From the UHGV virus genome UHGV-1351066: DNA of 40,965 nt; one strand, written 5' to 3'. Positions 28,912-37,511 of the stretch are shown piece by piece (the first letter of the stretch is position 1; the number at the start of each line of letters is the position of its first letter). The translations under genes and the position numbers were made by a program. Under the pieces are notes generated by a model that was not told the origin of the DNA, did not search any database, and was given only the letters and a program-made list of their open reading frames with translations. Origin of the DNA: a virus.

Positions 28912-30327
28912 TCAACCTACACCACAAGGAATTGAGTAACTGGAATAGTCGGGTTGCGCAGCCGACTCCGGGCAATGCATACACATCATCAGCGCATCAG
29001 CCAGGTTAGGAGATGGAATACCGAGCTTCTGCTTCATTTCGACCTTAGTCATAAGCTCCAGCTTCCCGTTGTTATTGAATTTGCGCTGAATCTGCGTCAG
29101 TTCTGCAAACAGCTTCTCCAGCATCTTCTCGCCTATCGCTTCTTTGTCGAAGCTCAGCATGTCGTCGGGGTCTGCATACTCACCGTGGACAACCGCCCGA
29201 TATGTCAGATACAACCTGTCAGCCAGCGCGTAATAGAATTGCGCTCGCTTATTGCGGAACACATCGCCAATAGTGCGAACGTTGTCGCCCTGCACGACTT
29301 CATCAGCCCATGCTCCAGCCTGATATGGTGCATCTTCATCAAATGGCGATTCGCTGCCCTTGAACATCGTGGCGGTGATTTTCTTACCGGAGAACGCTTC
29401 CGTTGTCTGTCTGCGTAGCCCTGCACCGACACCATCACCATCCCACAAGTAGTGGTCAGCACCGTCTTCAATCGCCAGCGAAGTAGCCCAGTCAGCCCCC
29501 TCGTTGATGTCCATCAGCAGACCTTCGGCAATGCGCTTAACTACCGAACCGTGGCGCGATGCATAACCTTTGGCATCCGGCCCTGTATCTGATGGGTCAT
29601 GTGCAGAAACAACAGCGCCTTTCGCTTTCCATCCGAGTTTCTTGTGCGCATCGGTTGCGGCTTCAAGCCATTCACGTTTGATGATTGCCATATCACTTGC
29701 GCTTACCGGCTCACCAAGCCAGATGTGACGATACAGTGTCGGATTTCTGCGTTTACACTCTTCCATCTCCAGACGGAGAACTTCAGGAAAATGCGGGTTG
29801 TCGGTGTAGTTCACCGTCAGCAGGCAAATATCATCGGGAGGATTTACAACGAATCGCTGATAGGTATCGTCGAGGATGTTCTTCGGGTTAAAGCTCACCC
29901 ATATTTCGGAAAACGGCTTGCGGATGGTTGGTATCAGGATGTCCCATGATTCCTTTGTTACCGCTTCCGCTTCTTCCACCCAGCAGATATCAATACCTTC
30001 GAGCGATTTAATCTTCGTCGGGTTGTTTTTTATGCCGTAGAACATGAATTCAGCATTCGTTCCGAGATGACGAATCATTGAACGCTGAATTTCAAACTCA
30101 GCCGAATACCCTTCCCGCTCTATGGTGTCTTCAAGCAACCGAATTACCGAATCGCTGATACTGTTTTGCAGCTCACGAGCGCAAAGTATGCGCACAGGCT
30201 GCCGACGCGCCGCTTCAACAAGCAGCCTAGCAATTGCCCATGACTTACCGCTACCTCGACCGCCTTTGGCGACTTTGTAGCGATGCGCCTCAATGAACGG
30301 TTCAAAGATAGGATTAATCGAGGTCAT
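28912..30327 (-). CDS. terminase large subunit
   Basis: Walker A 'KGGRGSGKS' at N-terminus; 471 aa; overlaps terS stop. Confidence 0.85.
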   Translation of the reverse strand: MTSINPIFEPFIEAHRYKVAKGGRGSGKSWAIARLLVEAARRQPVRILCARELQNSISDSVIRLLEDTIEREGYSAEFEIQRSMIRHLGTNAEFMFYGIKNNPTKIKSLEGIDICWVEEAEAVTKESWDILIPTIRKPFSEIWVSFNPKNILDDTYQRFVVNPPDDICLLTVNYTDNPHFPEVLRLEMEECKRRNPTLYRHIWLGEPVSASDMAIIKREWLEAATDAHKKLGWKAKGAVVSAHDPSDTGPDAKGYASRHGSVVKRIAEGLLMDINEGADWATSLAIEDGADHYLWDGDGVGAGLRRQTTEAFSGKKITATMFKGSESPFDEDAPYQAGAWADEVVQGDNVRTIGDVFRNKRAQFYYALADRLYLTYRAVVHGEYADPDDMLSFDKEAIGEKMLEKLFAELTQIQRKFNNNGKLELMTKVEMKQKLGIPSPNLADALMMCMHCPESAAQPDYSSYSIPCGVG

Positions 30328-30764
30328 TTTCCGAATAGAGTGCTCATCGGTGATGTTTCAATCTGGATTGCGCCGCCGTCTTTGCCTGTTAGCTCGTGAT
30401 CAACCTTGTCGCGCCATTTATCCTTCTGTCGGTTCTTAAGCCAGAAGATGGCAGCGGTTGTATCAGGCGGGTAATACTTCTCAAGCGGAGTTTCGACAAT
30501 TCTGTTTTCAATAACACGAATATCGATGTCTGGAGCCACGAAGCCCATAGCGCGTTGATAAAGACGATCACTAACTTCTGCATCAGCGACGGCCTTACCC
30601 TTTTTTATGGACTCCGAAAACTTAGGATAATCAAGCTTCCACTTGTTAATAGTTGACTCACTGACTTCGAAGAAATCAGCAAGCTCTGCATCGGTGTAGC
30701 CCAGCAAGCACAGTTTGCGTGCCTGTTCGGCGTACGCCTCTTGATACTTTGTTGGGCGCGCCAT
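30324..30764 (-). CDS. terminase small subunit (Sf6 gp1-like)
   Basis: C-terminal 'GKDGGAIQIETSPMSTLFGK' matches the Sf6-type small terminase tail as I recall it. Confidence 0.75.
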   Translation of the reverse strand: MARPTKYQEAYAEQARKLCLLGYTDAELADFFEVSESTINKWKLDYPKFSESIKKGKAVADAEVSDRLYQRAMGFVAPDIDIRVIENRIVETPLEKYYPPDTTAAIFWLKNRQKDKWRDKVDHELTGKDGGAIQIETSPMSTLFGK

Positions 30765-30766
30765 GT

Positions 30767-31009
30767 TTATGCTCCGGTAGTGAACAGGTCTAACGCTTCC
30801 TTCGATTTACGCACCGCTTCGATAGTGCGGGTCGTGATATCTGAATTAGCGCCGCCTGACTGGAAGTGAATTTTGAATAGCTCAAGCTTCAGCTCGTCAG
30901 TGCCAATGAATTGAAATGCTTCCTCTGCGGCTGCGTTCTGGTTCATGACCAGCTTGTAAATCTCTAACTGGAATTTCTGTTCTTCAGTCATGGGAATAAT
31001 CTCTGCCAT
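30767..31009 (-). CDS. hypothetical protein (P22 orf80 position)
   Basis: 80 aa, GGAG RBS, tightly packed upstream of terS. Confidence 0.5.
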   Translation of the reverse strand: MAEIIPMTEEQKFQLEIYKLVMNQNAAAEEAFQFIGTDELKLELFKIHFQSGGANSDITTRTIEAVRKSKEALDLFTTGA

Positions 31010-31361
31010 TGTTGGCTCCGTTTATCCGTTAAAAGGGATATCAGTTAAGTTATCCCGTGTAGGGTATAAGCCATTGTCGAGACCACTCATTGAATGGTCT
31101 CTGCAATAACCGATGTCTTTCCATCAGTCCGCCACCACAAAGAATCTTTTTTGCCATAAGGCAGGAGGTTCATCTTTCAGTGGCTGCCAGTGTTATTTCC
31201 CCACTTACTGGCTTGGGTTGTTTCGCTGTACTGCCGCAACTGGTGGTGCACAGATTTAGTTAAATCTGTTCTCGCCTGAACTATCTTTTACATACCCGGA
31301 TTGTGGGGATGTAAATCACGGTTTCATTATCAAGCCCACCCGTAGATGGGCTTTGGAATGG

Positions 31362-31880
31362 TCACTTTGGCAGTCCGGGGATCGATATTTGCGCCTGCTG
31401 CTCAAGCCTTTCGATTCTTGCTATGAGTTGCGGTTTTTTGATCCTGCCCCAGCGGTTCAGCAAGCGTCCTGACATACTGGCAACATCCTTTTCCTTCATG
31501 AACTCCAGCATTAACTCGTTGTGCTCTCTTTGGTATGAGTGAGCCATCTCCATCAGCCTGTCACGCATCCAATTAAATGCTTTGATAAACGCCTCTTTGA
31601 TGGCGGCAGCTTTTTTGCCGGTAAACGACATGATGATGTACATCGCGCCGTCTTTGGAAATTTCATATTCAACATACTGATTACCCTTGTGTTCATAGGT
31701 AACCCGCGAAAAGTTGCTGGTTAGAAATTCATCCGAACAGTCTAGCTTTTCGATTTTCTGAATGATGTGGTGATGCTGCTTGTCGAAGTAAGCTGCTACC
31801 TTGCGGGAGGTTGTGATCACGCGATCACCAGAAACAACCACCATGTCCCGGAAATCGAGATTAGCCAATTGATGATTCAT
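31362..31880 (-). CDS. rha: Rha-family phage regulatory protein
   Basis: 'VVVSGDRVITTSRKVAAYFDKQHHHIIQKIEKL' Rha domain; start set at internal ATG 31880. Confidence 0.7.
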   Translation of the reverse strand: MNHQLANLDFRDMVVVSGDRVITTSRKVAAYFDKQHHHIIQKIEKLDCSDEFLTSNFSRVTYEHKGNQYVEYEISKDGAMYIIMSFTGKKAAAIKEAFIKAFNWMRDRLMEMAHSYQREHNELMLEFMKEKDVASMSGRLLNRWGRIKKPQLIARIERLEQQAQISIPGLPK

Positions 31881-32000
31881 AGCGTCTTTACCTTTTAGAA
31901 AGTGAGCCTGTCTCACAGAAAAGCCGCCCGAGAGAGGTCGCCACCTATAACGGCATTTCTCAGGCTCGCTTACTGAAAGGCTCTCGTTAATATGCGCGTG

Positions 32001-32028
32001 AGATGCGCTGTGAAATTCAGATATAAAA
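32001..32028 (-). terminator. rho-independent terminator downstream of Rz
   Basis: AGCCTCGC-attc-GCGGGGCT hairpin then TTTTT on the minus strand. Confidence 0.5.
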
Positions 32029-32222
32029 AGCCCCGCGAATGCGAGGCTAAATCCTGGTATTTGTAATGAACTGGCTCTTATCTCAACGCAGCCCCTTACT
32101 GCGCGCCAGATGCTCAATATCAAGCATCAGCAATGAGATGTTTAATCTGGATTTACTCCAGAAGTGATCACCACCCTGTCTACAGAGCCAGATGTGAAGG
32201 ATGATGAGTAAAATTATCGCTA

Positions 32223-32660
32223 TCATCGAAGGCATTGCGTCCTGATGTATTCCTGCAGGTAGTTAACCTGCGCGGTTATCCTGTCGATTCCACTTCGGAG
32301 ACGGTAATAATTGAGTTCAGCATCTGCTGTAAGTCCTGGGCTTTCTCCATCGCCCATGCTGCTGGCTCCGGTCGTTGACTTTGCACAGGTGGCGGCGACT
32401 TGCAGGCGCTTACGACCAGCAGAAACATCAGCACGGAGACTTTCGATAGTCGCGTTAGCATCAGCAAGTTCCTTTGTATATCTTGCGTCGAGTTCTGCTA
32501 CATCACGTTGACGCTTCTGCATATCAGCGATGATGGATGTGGCTTTATCGCGCTGTTCTTTGTAGGCGATGGCGTTATCACGGTAATGATTAACCGCCCA
32601 TGACAGGCAGACGATGATGCAGATAACCAGAGCAGAGATAATCGCGGTGACTCTGCTCAT
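32223..32660 (-). CDS. Rz: i-spanin Rz
   Basis: N-terminal TM helix, coiled-coil periplasmic domain; follows endolysin. Confidence 0.8.
   Translation of the reverse strand: MSRVTAIISALVICIIVCLSWAVNHYRDNAIAYKEQRDKATSIIADMQKRQRDVAELDARYTKELADANATIESLRADVSAGRKRLQVAATCAKSTTGASSMGDGESPGLTADAELNYYRLRSGIDRITAQVNYLQEYIRTQCLR
32276..32467 (-). CDS. Rz1: o-spanin Rz1 (embedded in Rz, +1 frame)
   Basis: Lipobox 'LLVVSAC' and Pro-rich segment; fully embedded in Rz. Confidence 0.7.
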   Translation of the reverse strand: MLMLTRLSKVSVLMFLLVVSACKSPPPVQSQRPEPAAWAMEKAQDLQQMLNSIITVSEVESTG

Positions 32661-33133
32661 ACCTCAATCTCTCTGACCGTTCCGCCAGCCTCTTTGAATT
32701 TTGCAATCAGGCTGTCAGCCTTATGCTCGAACTGACCATAACCAGCCCCCGGCAGTGAAGCCCAGATGTTGCTGCAACGGTCGATAGCCTGACGGATATC
32801 ACCGCGATCAATCATCGGCAAAGCGCCACGTTCCTTAATCTGCTGCAATGCCACAGCGTCCTGGCTTTTCGGAGAGAAATCTTTCAGGCCAAGCTGCTTA
32901 CGGTAGGCATCCCACCAACGGGAAAGAAGCTGGTAACGTCCGGCTGCTGTTGATTTGAGTTTTGGGTTTAGCGTGACAAGTTTGCGAGGGTGATCGGAGT
33001 AATCAGTGAATAGCTCTCCGCCTACAATGACGTCATAACCATGATTTCTGGTTTTTTGACGTCCGTTATCAGTTCCCTCTGACCACGCCAGCATATCGAG
33101 GAACGCCTTACGTTGATTATTGATTTCCACCAT
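32657..33133 (-). CDS. R: endolysin, lambda R lytic transglycosylase
   Basis: Essentially identical over its length to lambda R as recalled ('[42 protein letters not shown]…'). Confidence 0.9.
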   Translation of the reverse strand: MVEINNQRKAFLDMLAWSEGTDNGRQKTRNHGYDVIVGGELFTDYSDHPRKLVTLNPKLKSTAAGRYQLLSRWWDAYRKQLGLKDFSPKSQDAVALQQIKERGALPMIDRGDIRQAIDRCSNIWASLPGAGYGQFEHKADSLIAKFKEAGGTVREIEV

Positions 33134-33440
33134 CTTCTACTCCGGCTTTTTTAGCAGCGAAGCGTTTGATAAGCGAACCAATCGAGTCAGTACCGATGTA
33201 GCCGATGAACACGCTCGTTATATAAGCGAGATTGCTACTTAGTCCGGCGAAGTCGAGAAGGTCACGAATGAACCAGGCGATAATGGCGCACATCGTTGCG
33301 TCGATTACTGTTTTTGTAAACGCACCGCCATTATATCTGCCGCGAAGGTACGCCATTGCAAACGCAAGGATTGCCCCGATGCCTTGTTCCTTTGCCGCGA
33401 GAATGGCGGCTAACAGGTCATGTTTTTCTGGCATCTTCAT
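33117..33440 (-). CDS. S: holin/antiholin, lambda S with dual-start motif
   Basis: '[41 protein letters not shown]…' matches lambda S107/S105. Confidence 0.9.
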   Translation of the reverse strand: MKMPEKHDLLAAILAAKEQGIGAILAFAMAYLRGRYNGGAFTKTVIDATMCAIIAWFIRDLLDFAGLSSNLAYITSVFIGYIGTDSIGSLIKRFAAKKAGVEDGGNQ

Positions 33441-33965
33441 GTCTTACCCCCAATAAGGGGATTTGCTCTATTTAATTAGGAATAAGGTCGATTACTGATA
33501 GAACAAATCCAGGCTACTGTGTTTAGTAATCAGATTTGTTCGTGACCGATATGCACGGGCAAAACGGCATGAGGTTGTTAGCGCAGCCTCTTGCCACCCG
33601 CTTTCACGAAGGTCATATGTAGAAGGCCGCAGCATAACTATCACTGATGAGTTCAGGATAACCAGTGGCTACGGCTCAGTTTGGGTTGTGGCGGTCGGTG
33701 CTGAACTCCGACTTAATGACGATAGGCGTGTACCGACGCCTCGTTTTACTTCCTCCGCTTTCACGGCTTCACCCTAGACCAGCTTTACGAAATCCTCGTA
33801 AACCTAACCGCGGCAGATATGACCGGCACGGTGTGCCATATCACGGACCGGCGGGTGTCTCGTTCACCTGATTAACGCATCAGCCTGCGTATTCACCACA
33901 ACGATAAGAGTACTGCGCGGCACCTTTCACCAATTCCGCGAGGTCTGCGGGTTCAATGCTCTTAC

Positions 33966-34060
33966 CTGTTGTGCAAACAAAAAAGCCACCGTTGCAACTT
34001 AAGAGTCACTAACGGCAGCTTACCTTCTAATTATGGCTAAATGGATAATTGCATGTCAAG
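33966..34060 (-). promoter_or_regulatory. late promoter pR' with short terminated leader (tR'-like)
   Basis: Minus strand: TTGACA (34054-34059), ~18-bp spacer, CATAAT (34030-34035), overlapping the Q 3' end; hairpin plus TTTTTTGTTT ~45 nt downstream. Confidence 0.5.
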
Positions 34061-34555
34061 GATTTTAACAGCAACATGCTTAACTTTCTCAACACGTTTA
34101 CGCATTTTGAAAGCATTTTGCATTGGCTGGTACAAAACAAATAACGACGCTTTCAGGATGTCGTCAATTTCGTTTCTACAGGTTGCCAGTGAAGGTTTTC
34201 TCCATCCCTCGCCACCACGTCCACACATCTTGCGTGGCTTTGCAGTCGCGTGATAGTAGGATGCAATTGCTCGCTTAGATGAACCATGAGCGTAGTAGCT
34301 GAGGAGGATGCCAAAGGCTTTCTTGTCAATGCACATGACGGAATCGACGACCTGAGAAATCAACATTCCATCATCATCATTGCACATTGGCCTTGTCATA
34401 ACTCTTCCCGGCTCTACGCTCTCCATGAACTTCGCTATTACGCTGCTCATGCGCTTTTCCAGACGACCTGAATAAACCCATGCGCCCCACAGTTCAAGCC
34501 AGCCATTCAGCCACTCGTGCTGCTCTTTGGTGAGGTTTAGTTCTCTTATGCTCAT
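34037..34555 (-). CDS. Q: late antiterminator Q (non-lambda Q family)
   Basis: 'WLELWGAWV…RPMCNDDDGMLISQVVDSVMC…' resembles Phage_antitermQ proteins; immediately upstream of pR'. Confidence 0.7.
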   Translation of the reverse strand: MSIRELNLTKEQHEWLNGWLELWGAWVYSGRLEKRMSSVIAKFMESVEPGRVMTRPMCNDDDGMLISQVVDSVMCIDKKAFGILLSYYAHGSSKRAIASYYHATAKPRKMCGRGGEGWRKPSLATCRNEIDDILKASLFVLYQPMQNAFKMRKRVEKVKHVAVKILDMQLSI

Positions 34556-34740
34556 CGTCTTCCCCTCTTGCCTTGTTTGACCATCAGGACGCCGTTAACT
34601 ATTACGTGACGCTCACCTTTGCTGTCTCGGTTGTACTTGAGCACTGTTCCTCTTGCGCAGGAAAGCATCCTCGCCACTTCGATCTGATTGCCTCGTGTCT
34701 GGATAAGAAGCTCTGGTATCGTTTGAATTGTGGCGTTCAT
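34552..34740 (-). CDS. ninH: NinH-like protein
   Basis: 'TIPELLIQTRGNQIEVARMLSCARGTVLKY' resembles lambda NinH. Confidence 0.7.
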   Translation of the reverse strand: MNATIQTIPELLIQTRGNQIEVARMLSCARGTVLKYNRDSKGERHVIVNGVLMVKQGKRGRR

Positions 34741-35099
34741 ACGTTCTCCAGTTCGGTGATTTTTATTCCAAGCCGTCCGCCTGGTACTTTCACACCACGA
34801 ATTACGCGAATGTCATCGAATTGCTCGTCGTCTTCCGCAAATCCGGCGTGGATAAGGGAGTCGAGTAAACCTTTCAGGATGTTATCGAGGTCGCGGCGGC
34901 GGGAGTCTGGAACGTCTGCGATTACTTTGATGCGGAGTCGTGATTTGGTGAAAATGTCTAACTTAAGTTGGCGGATGATTTGCTGAACGTCTTTTCGGTA
35001 TTTCTGGCCTTTATCGCTGATGTAGTATTGGCTTCCTCGTCTTCGCCAGTAGGTATTCACCGACGGCGGGTATGGAAGCACAAACTGATATTCGTTCAT
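34737..35099 (-). CDS. rusA: RusA Holliday-junction resolvase
   Basis: 'PDSRRRDLDNILKGLLDSLIHAGF…DDEQ' contains the RusA catalytic Asp cluster. Confidence 0.8.
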   Translation of the reverse strand: MNEYQFVLPYPPSVNTYWRRRGSQYYISDKGQKYRKDVQQIIRQLKLDIFTKSRLRIKVIADVPDSRRRDLDNILKGLLDSLIHAGFAEDDEQFDDIRVIRGVKVPGGRLGIKITELENV

Positions 35100-35386
35100 G
35101 GCTTAATCTTTCCCTCCTTCAGCAGTATCGCCTGCGTCCTGATCACGCTTTCGAGGTGGTAAAGTCTGGCGTCTTTGTTGTCGAGATTATGGGTGCGTCG
35201 GTCGATTTCATCGTGACACGCGCTACAAGCCCATGCGCCGATCAGGTCGTCAGGCTTCATTCCCGTTCCGCAAATTCCAGCCATCCGGTAATGTGCCAGA
35301 ACTGTAGTTTCAGGATTACCATTGCATACGCCGTAAATACGTACCTGGCATTCTCTGCCGCGCGCTTCTTTGCGTAGGTTAGCCAT
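35096..35386 (-). CDS. ybcO: DUF1364 (YbcO-like) protein
   Basis: 'RKEARGRECQVRIYGVCNGNPETTVLAHYR…CSACHDEIDRR' matches E. coli DLP12 YbcO. Confidence 0.7.
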   Translation of the reverse strand: MANLRKEARGRECQVRIYGVCNGNPETTVLAHYRMAGICGTGMKPDDLIGAWACSACHDEIDRRTHNLDNKDARLYHLESVIRTQAILLKEGKIKP

Positions 35387-35591
35387 TTACCTTCCCTCGC
35401 AATTGAAGAATTGACTGAAGGTCTTTTTTAATAAATATGCGAGTGCGAATTGAGCAGTAGTTTTCCTTCATTCTGGCGTAGTAATAGTCCTTTCTTTGCT
35501 TAAGCTTGTTGGCATCCGCTGTCATCCAGTCTTTTACAGCAAACTTAATTAACCAGCGGTGGCAGAGATACCATTTCAGGTAATCACTCAT
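35379..35591 (-). CDS. hypothetical protein (70 aa)
   Basis: ORF in nin-region operon, overlaps neighbours. Confidence 0.4.
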   Translation of the reverse strand: MSDYLKWYLCHRWLIKFAVKDWMTADANKLKQRKDYYYARMKENYCSIRTRIFIKKDLQSILQLRGKVNG

Positions 35592-35817
35592 CGTCTTCTT
35601 CCTCGTACATTGAGCTATTCGGATCGCTCATCAGTTCTGCGCAGCAGTGCTCACACACGTGAACTTCCAGCACATGCAGCTTCTGACCGCAGTTAGCGCA
35701 CGTTAAAGCCCGCTCGACGCTTTCTTTCTGGTATTGAAGGGATTGGGATGGGCTAAGCATGGCTTTCACCATTAAAAAGTCGCTTGTAAGCATCAATGTC
35801 TCGTTTTGCTTCACCAA
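35584..35817 (-). CDS. ninF: NinF-like zinc-binding protein
   Basis: '[50 protein letters not shown]' matches lambda NinF; true start may be the internal ATG near 35760. Confidence 0.7.
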   Translation of the reverse strand: MVKQNETLMLTSDFLMVKAMLSPSQSLQYQKESVERALTCANCGQKLHVLEVHVCEHCCAELMSDPNSSMYEEEDDE

Positions 35818-36160
35818 GCTTTCGTCTTAATTCCATGTTTTCTGATTCAAGTTTTTCCATGTCTTGTTGGTATCGATCGCGGTGTTCTTTCCATGCTTTT
35901 CGATACGCCTTCATGTATGTCGTATTGGCCTTTCTCTTTGCCTGACGAACTGCGTGGTGGTTTTCCACAAACCAGTCAGGGTCGTTAAATGCTGCTCTGG
36001 CGCATGTATCCCAATAATTTGTTGCCTCCCTGTTTAGCCATAAAATACTGATAAATGGCAACTGGATAGACACCATTTTTCGTTGAGACTCTTTCTCGCC
36101 AAACATGTGCCCTTTTTTGATGCTAAGGCCAAATCCAGGTTGAATTAAAAGCATTGTCAT
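35753..36160 (-). CDS. hypothetical nin-region protein
   Basis: Start set at the ATG giving ATGA overlap with ninE stop; basic C-terminal coiled coil; family not assigned. Confidence 0.4.
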   Translation of the reverse strand: MTMLLIQPGFGLSIKKGHMFGEKESQRKMVSIQLPFISILWLNREATNYWDTCARAAFNDPDWFVENHHAVRQAKRKANTTYMKAYRKAWKEHRDRYQQDMEKLESENMELRRKLGEAKRDIDAYKRLFNGESHA

Positions 36161-36333
36161 TTCCTCGCACGATGTCTTAGCCACCGGATATCCCACAGGT
36201 GAGCCGTGTAATTGAAGGTTTTTACGTCAGATTCTTTTGGGATTGGCTTGGATTTATTTCTGGAGCGTTTCGGTGGAAGGTAATTGCAGTTTTCGCAGAT
36301 TATGTCGGTGAAACTTCGTCGCTGTCGTCTCAT
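36157..36333 (-). CDS. ninE: NinE
   Basis: '[58 protein letters not shown]' near-identical to lambda NinE. Confidence 0.8.
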   Translation of the reverse strand: MRRQRRSFTDIICENCNYLPPKRSRNKSKPIPKESDVKTFNYTAHLWDIRWLRHRARK

Positions 36334-36770
36334 GCCGCCCTGTCTCCCCATCGCGCTTTCCATTCGAGAGCCAGTCGCGCTTCGTCTGACCACTTAACGC
36401 CATGCTCTGTACCGAATGCCTGTATAAGCTCTAATAGCTCCGCAAATTCGCTTACACGCATCCTGCTGGTTGACTGGCCTATTACCACAAAGCCATTCCC
36501 GGCAAGGTTAGGAACAACGTCCTGCTGCTTTAAGGCTGCGGTGAACACACACTTCCAGCTTTCTGCATCCAGCCAGCGACCATGCCATTCAACCTGACGA
36601 GAGACGTCACCAAGGCAAGCCCAAAGCTTTCGGTTTTGGTCTAAGCTGCGGTTGCGTTCCTGAATGGTTACTACGATTGGTTTGGTTGGGTCTGGAAGGA
36701 TTTGCTGTACTGCGTGAATAGCGTTTTGCTGATGTGCCGGAGATCGAATTTCAAAGGTTAGTTTTTTCAT
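36330..36770 (-). CDS. ninB: NinB recombination protein
   Basis: Near-identical over full length to lambda NinB ('[31 protein letters not shown]…'). Confidence 0.85.
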   Translation of the reverse strand: MKKLTFEIRSPAHQQNAIHAVQQILPDPTKPIVVTIQERNRSLDQNRKLWACLGDVSRQVEWHGRWLDAESWKCVFTAALKQQDVVPNLAGNGFVVIGQSTSRMRVSEFAELLELIQAFGTEHGVKWSDEARLALEWKARWGDRAA

Positions 36771-36818
36771 GACTTCCCTCTCCCCCAAATAAAAAGGCCT
36801 GCGATTACCAGCAGGCCT

Positions 36819-37430
36819 TTATCTGTTTTTAACACGCTTTCGAGTCCTTTTAGATTTTTCCTTAAGATATTCCGCAAGTTTATCCTCATCATTATTAAAT
36901 TGAGATAAAAGCTCATGCTCGCAATTAAGTGCTTTACTCGCATAAGTTCCATATAGTTTCTTTCTTGCTAGTGCTGCTATGAATGCTGCATCTTCTTTGC
37001 TATCGAAATACCCTAACGATATTGTCTTATTTTTATAACCAACATAAGACTTCCACCTGCCAGTTGGCTTATACCAAGACACTCCAATTGCACCGGATGT
37101 GTTTAATCTATTCCCTACAATGTTTCTTGCATTCTGCTCTTCTGTTGCCAGTCTTAGATTTGAAATCCTATTGTCAAGTCTGTTCCCATTTACATGATCA
37201 ATAAACTTAGGAGGCCATTTTTTGTATACATAGAACCAAGCAAGTCTATGCGCATAATACAAAACATTATTTATGCTAATGCATATATAACCACCACTAA
37301 CACCTCCAGCAATACTACCTTTTACTCTTACTACTGAATTTGTTTTTAGCCATTTAAATATTCCTGTTTCTGAGTCATATGATAATGTTGACAGAAGCTC
37401 ATCGTGATCAATTAGTTTTTTTATTCGCAT
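36819..37430 (-). CDS. HNH homing endonuclease with AP2-like domain (second copy)
   Basis: 'IDHVNGNRLDNRISNLRLAT' HNH motif; 'GVSWYKPTGRWKSYVGYKNKTISLGYF' AP2-like; paralogous in architecture to the 3399-3911 gene. Confidence 0.8.
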   Translation of the reverse strand: MRIKKLIDHDELLSTLSYDSETGIFKWLKTNSVVRVKGSIAGGVSGGYICISINNVLYYAHRLAWFYVYKKWPPKFIDHVNGNRLDNRISNLRLATEEQNARNIVGNRLNTSGAIGVSWYKPTGRWKSYVGYKNKTISLGYFDSKEDAAFIAALARKKLYGTYASKALNCEHELLSQFNNDEDKLAEYLKEKSKRTRKRVKNR

Positions 37431-37511
37431 AAAGAATATACTTAATAATATATACAGTAAGAACCATTAGTAACGATAACCCTGCTATTAGCTCAGTGAT
37501 GTAGATGGTCA

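Noticed and set aside
31881-32123. N-terminal extension of Rha (253-aa ORF starting at 32123)
   Set aside because: The extra 81 residues precede the conserved Rha domain, lack an RBS and overlap a terminator-like hairpin; the internal ATG at 31880 has an AAGG RBS.
33441-34036. Possible tRNA genes in the long Q-S intergenic region, as in Stx phages
   Set aside because: No cloverleaf-compatible segment or GTTCGAATC-type T-loop found on either strand; most of the region matches the lambda pR'-tR'-S upstream sequence, which carries no tRNA.
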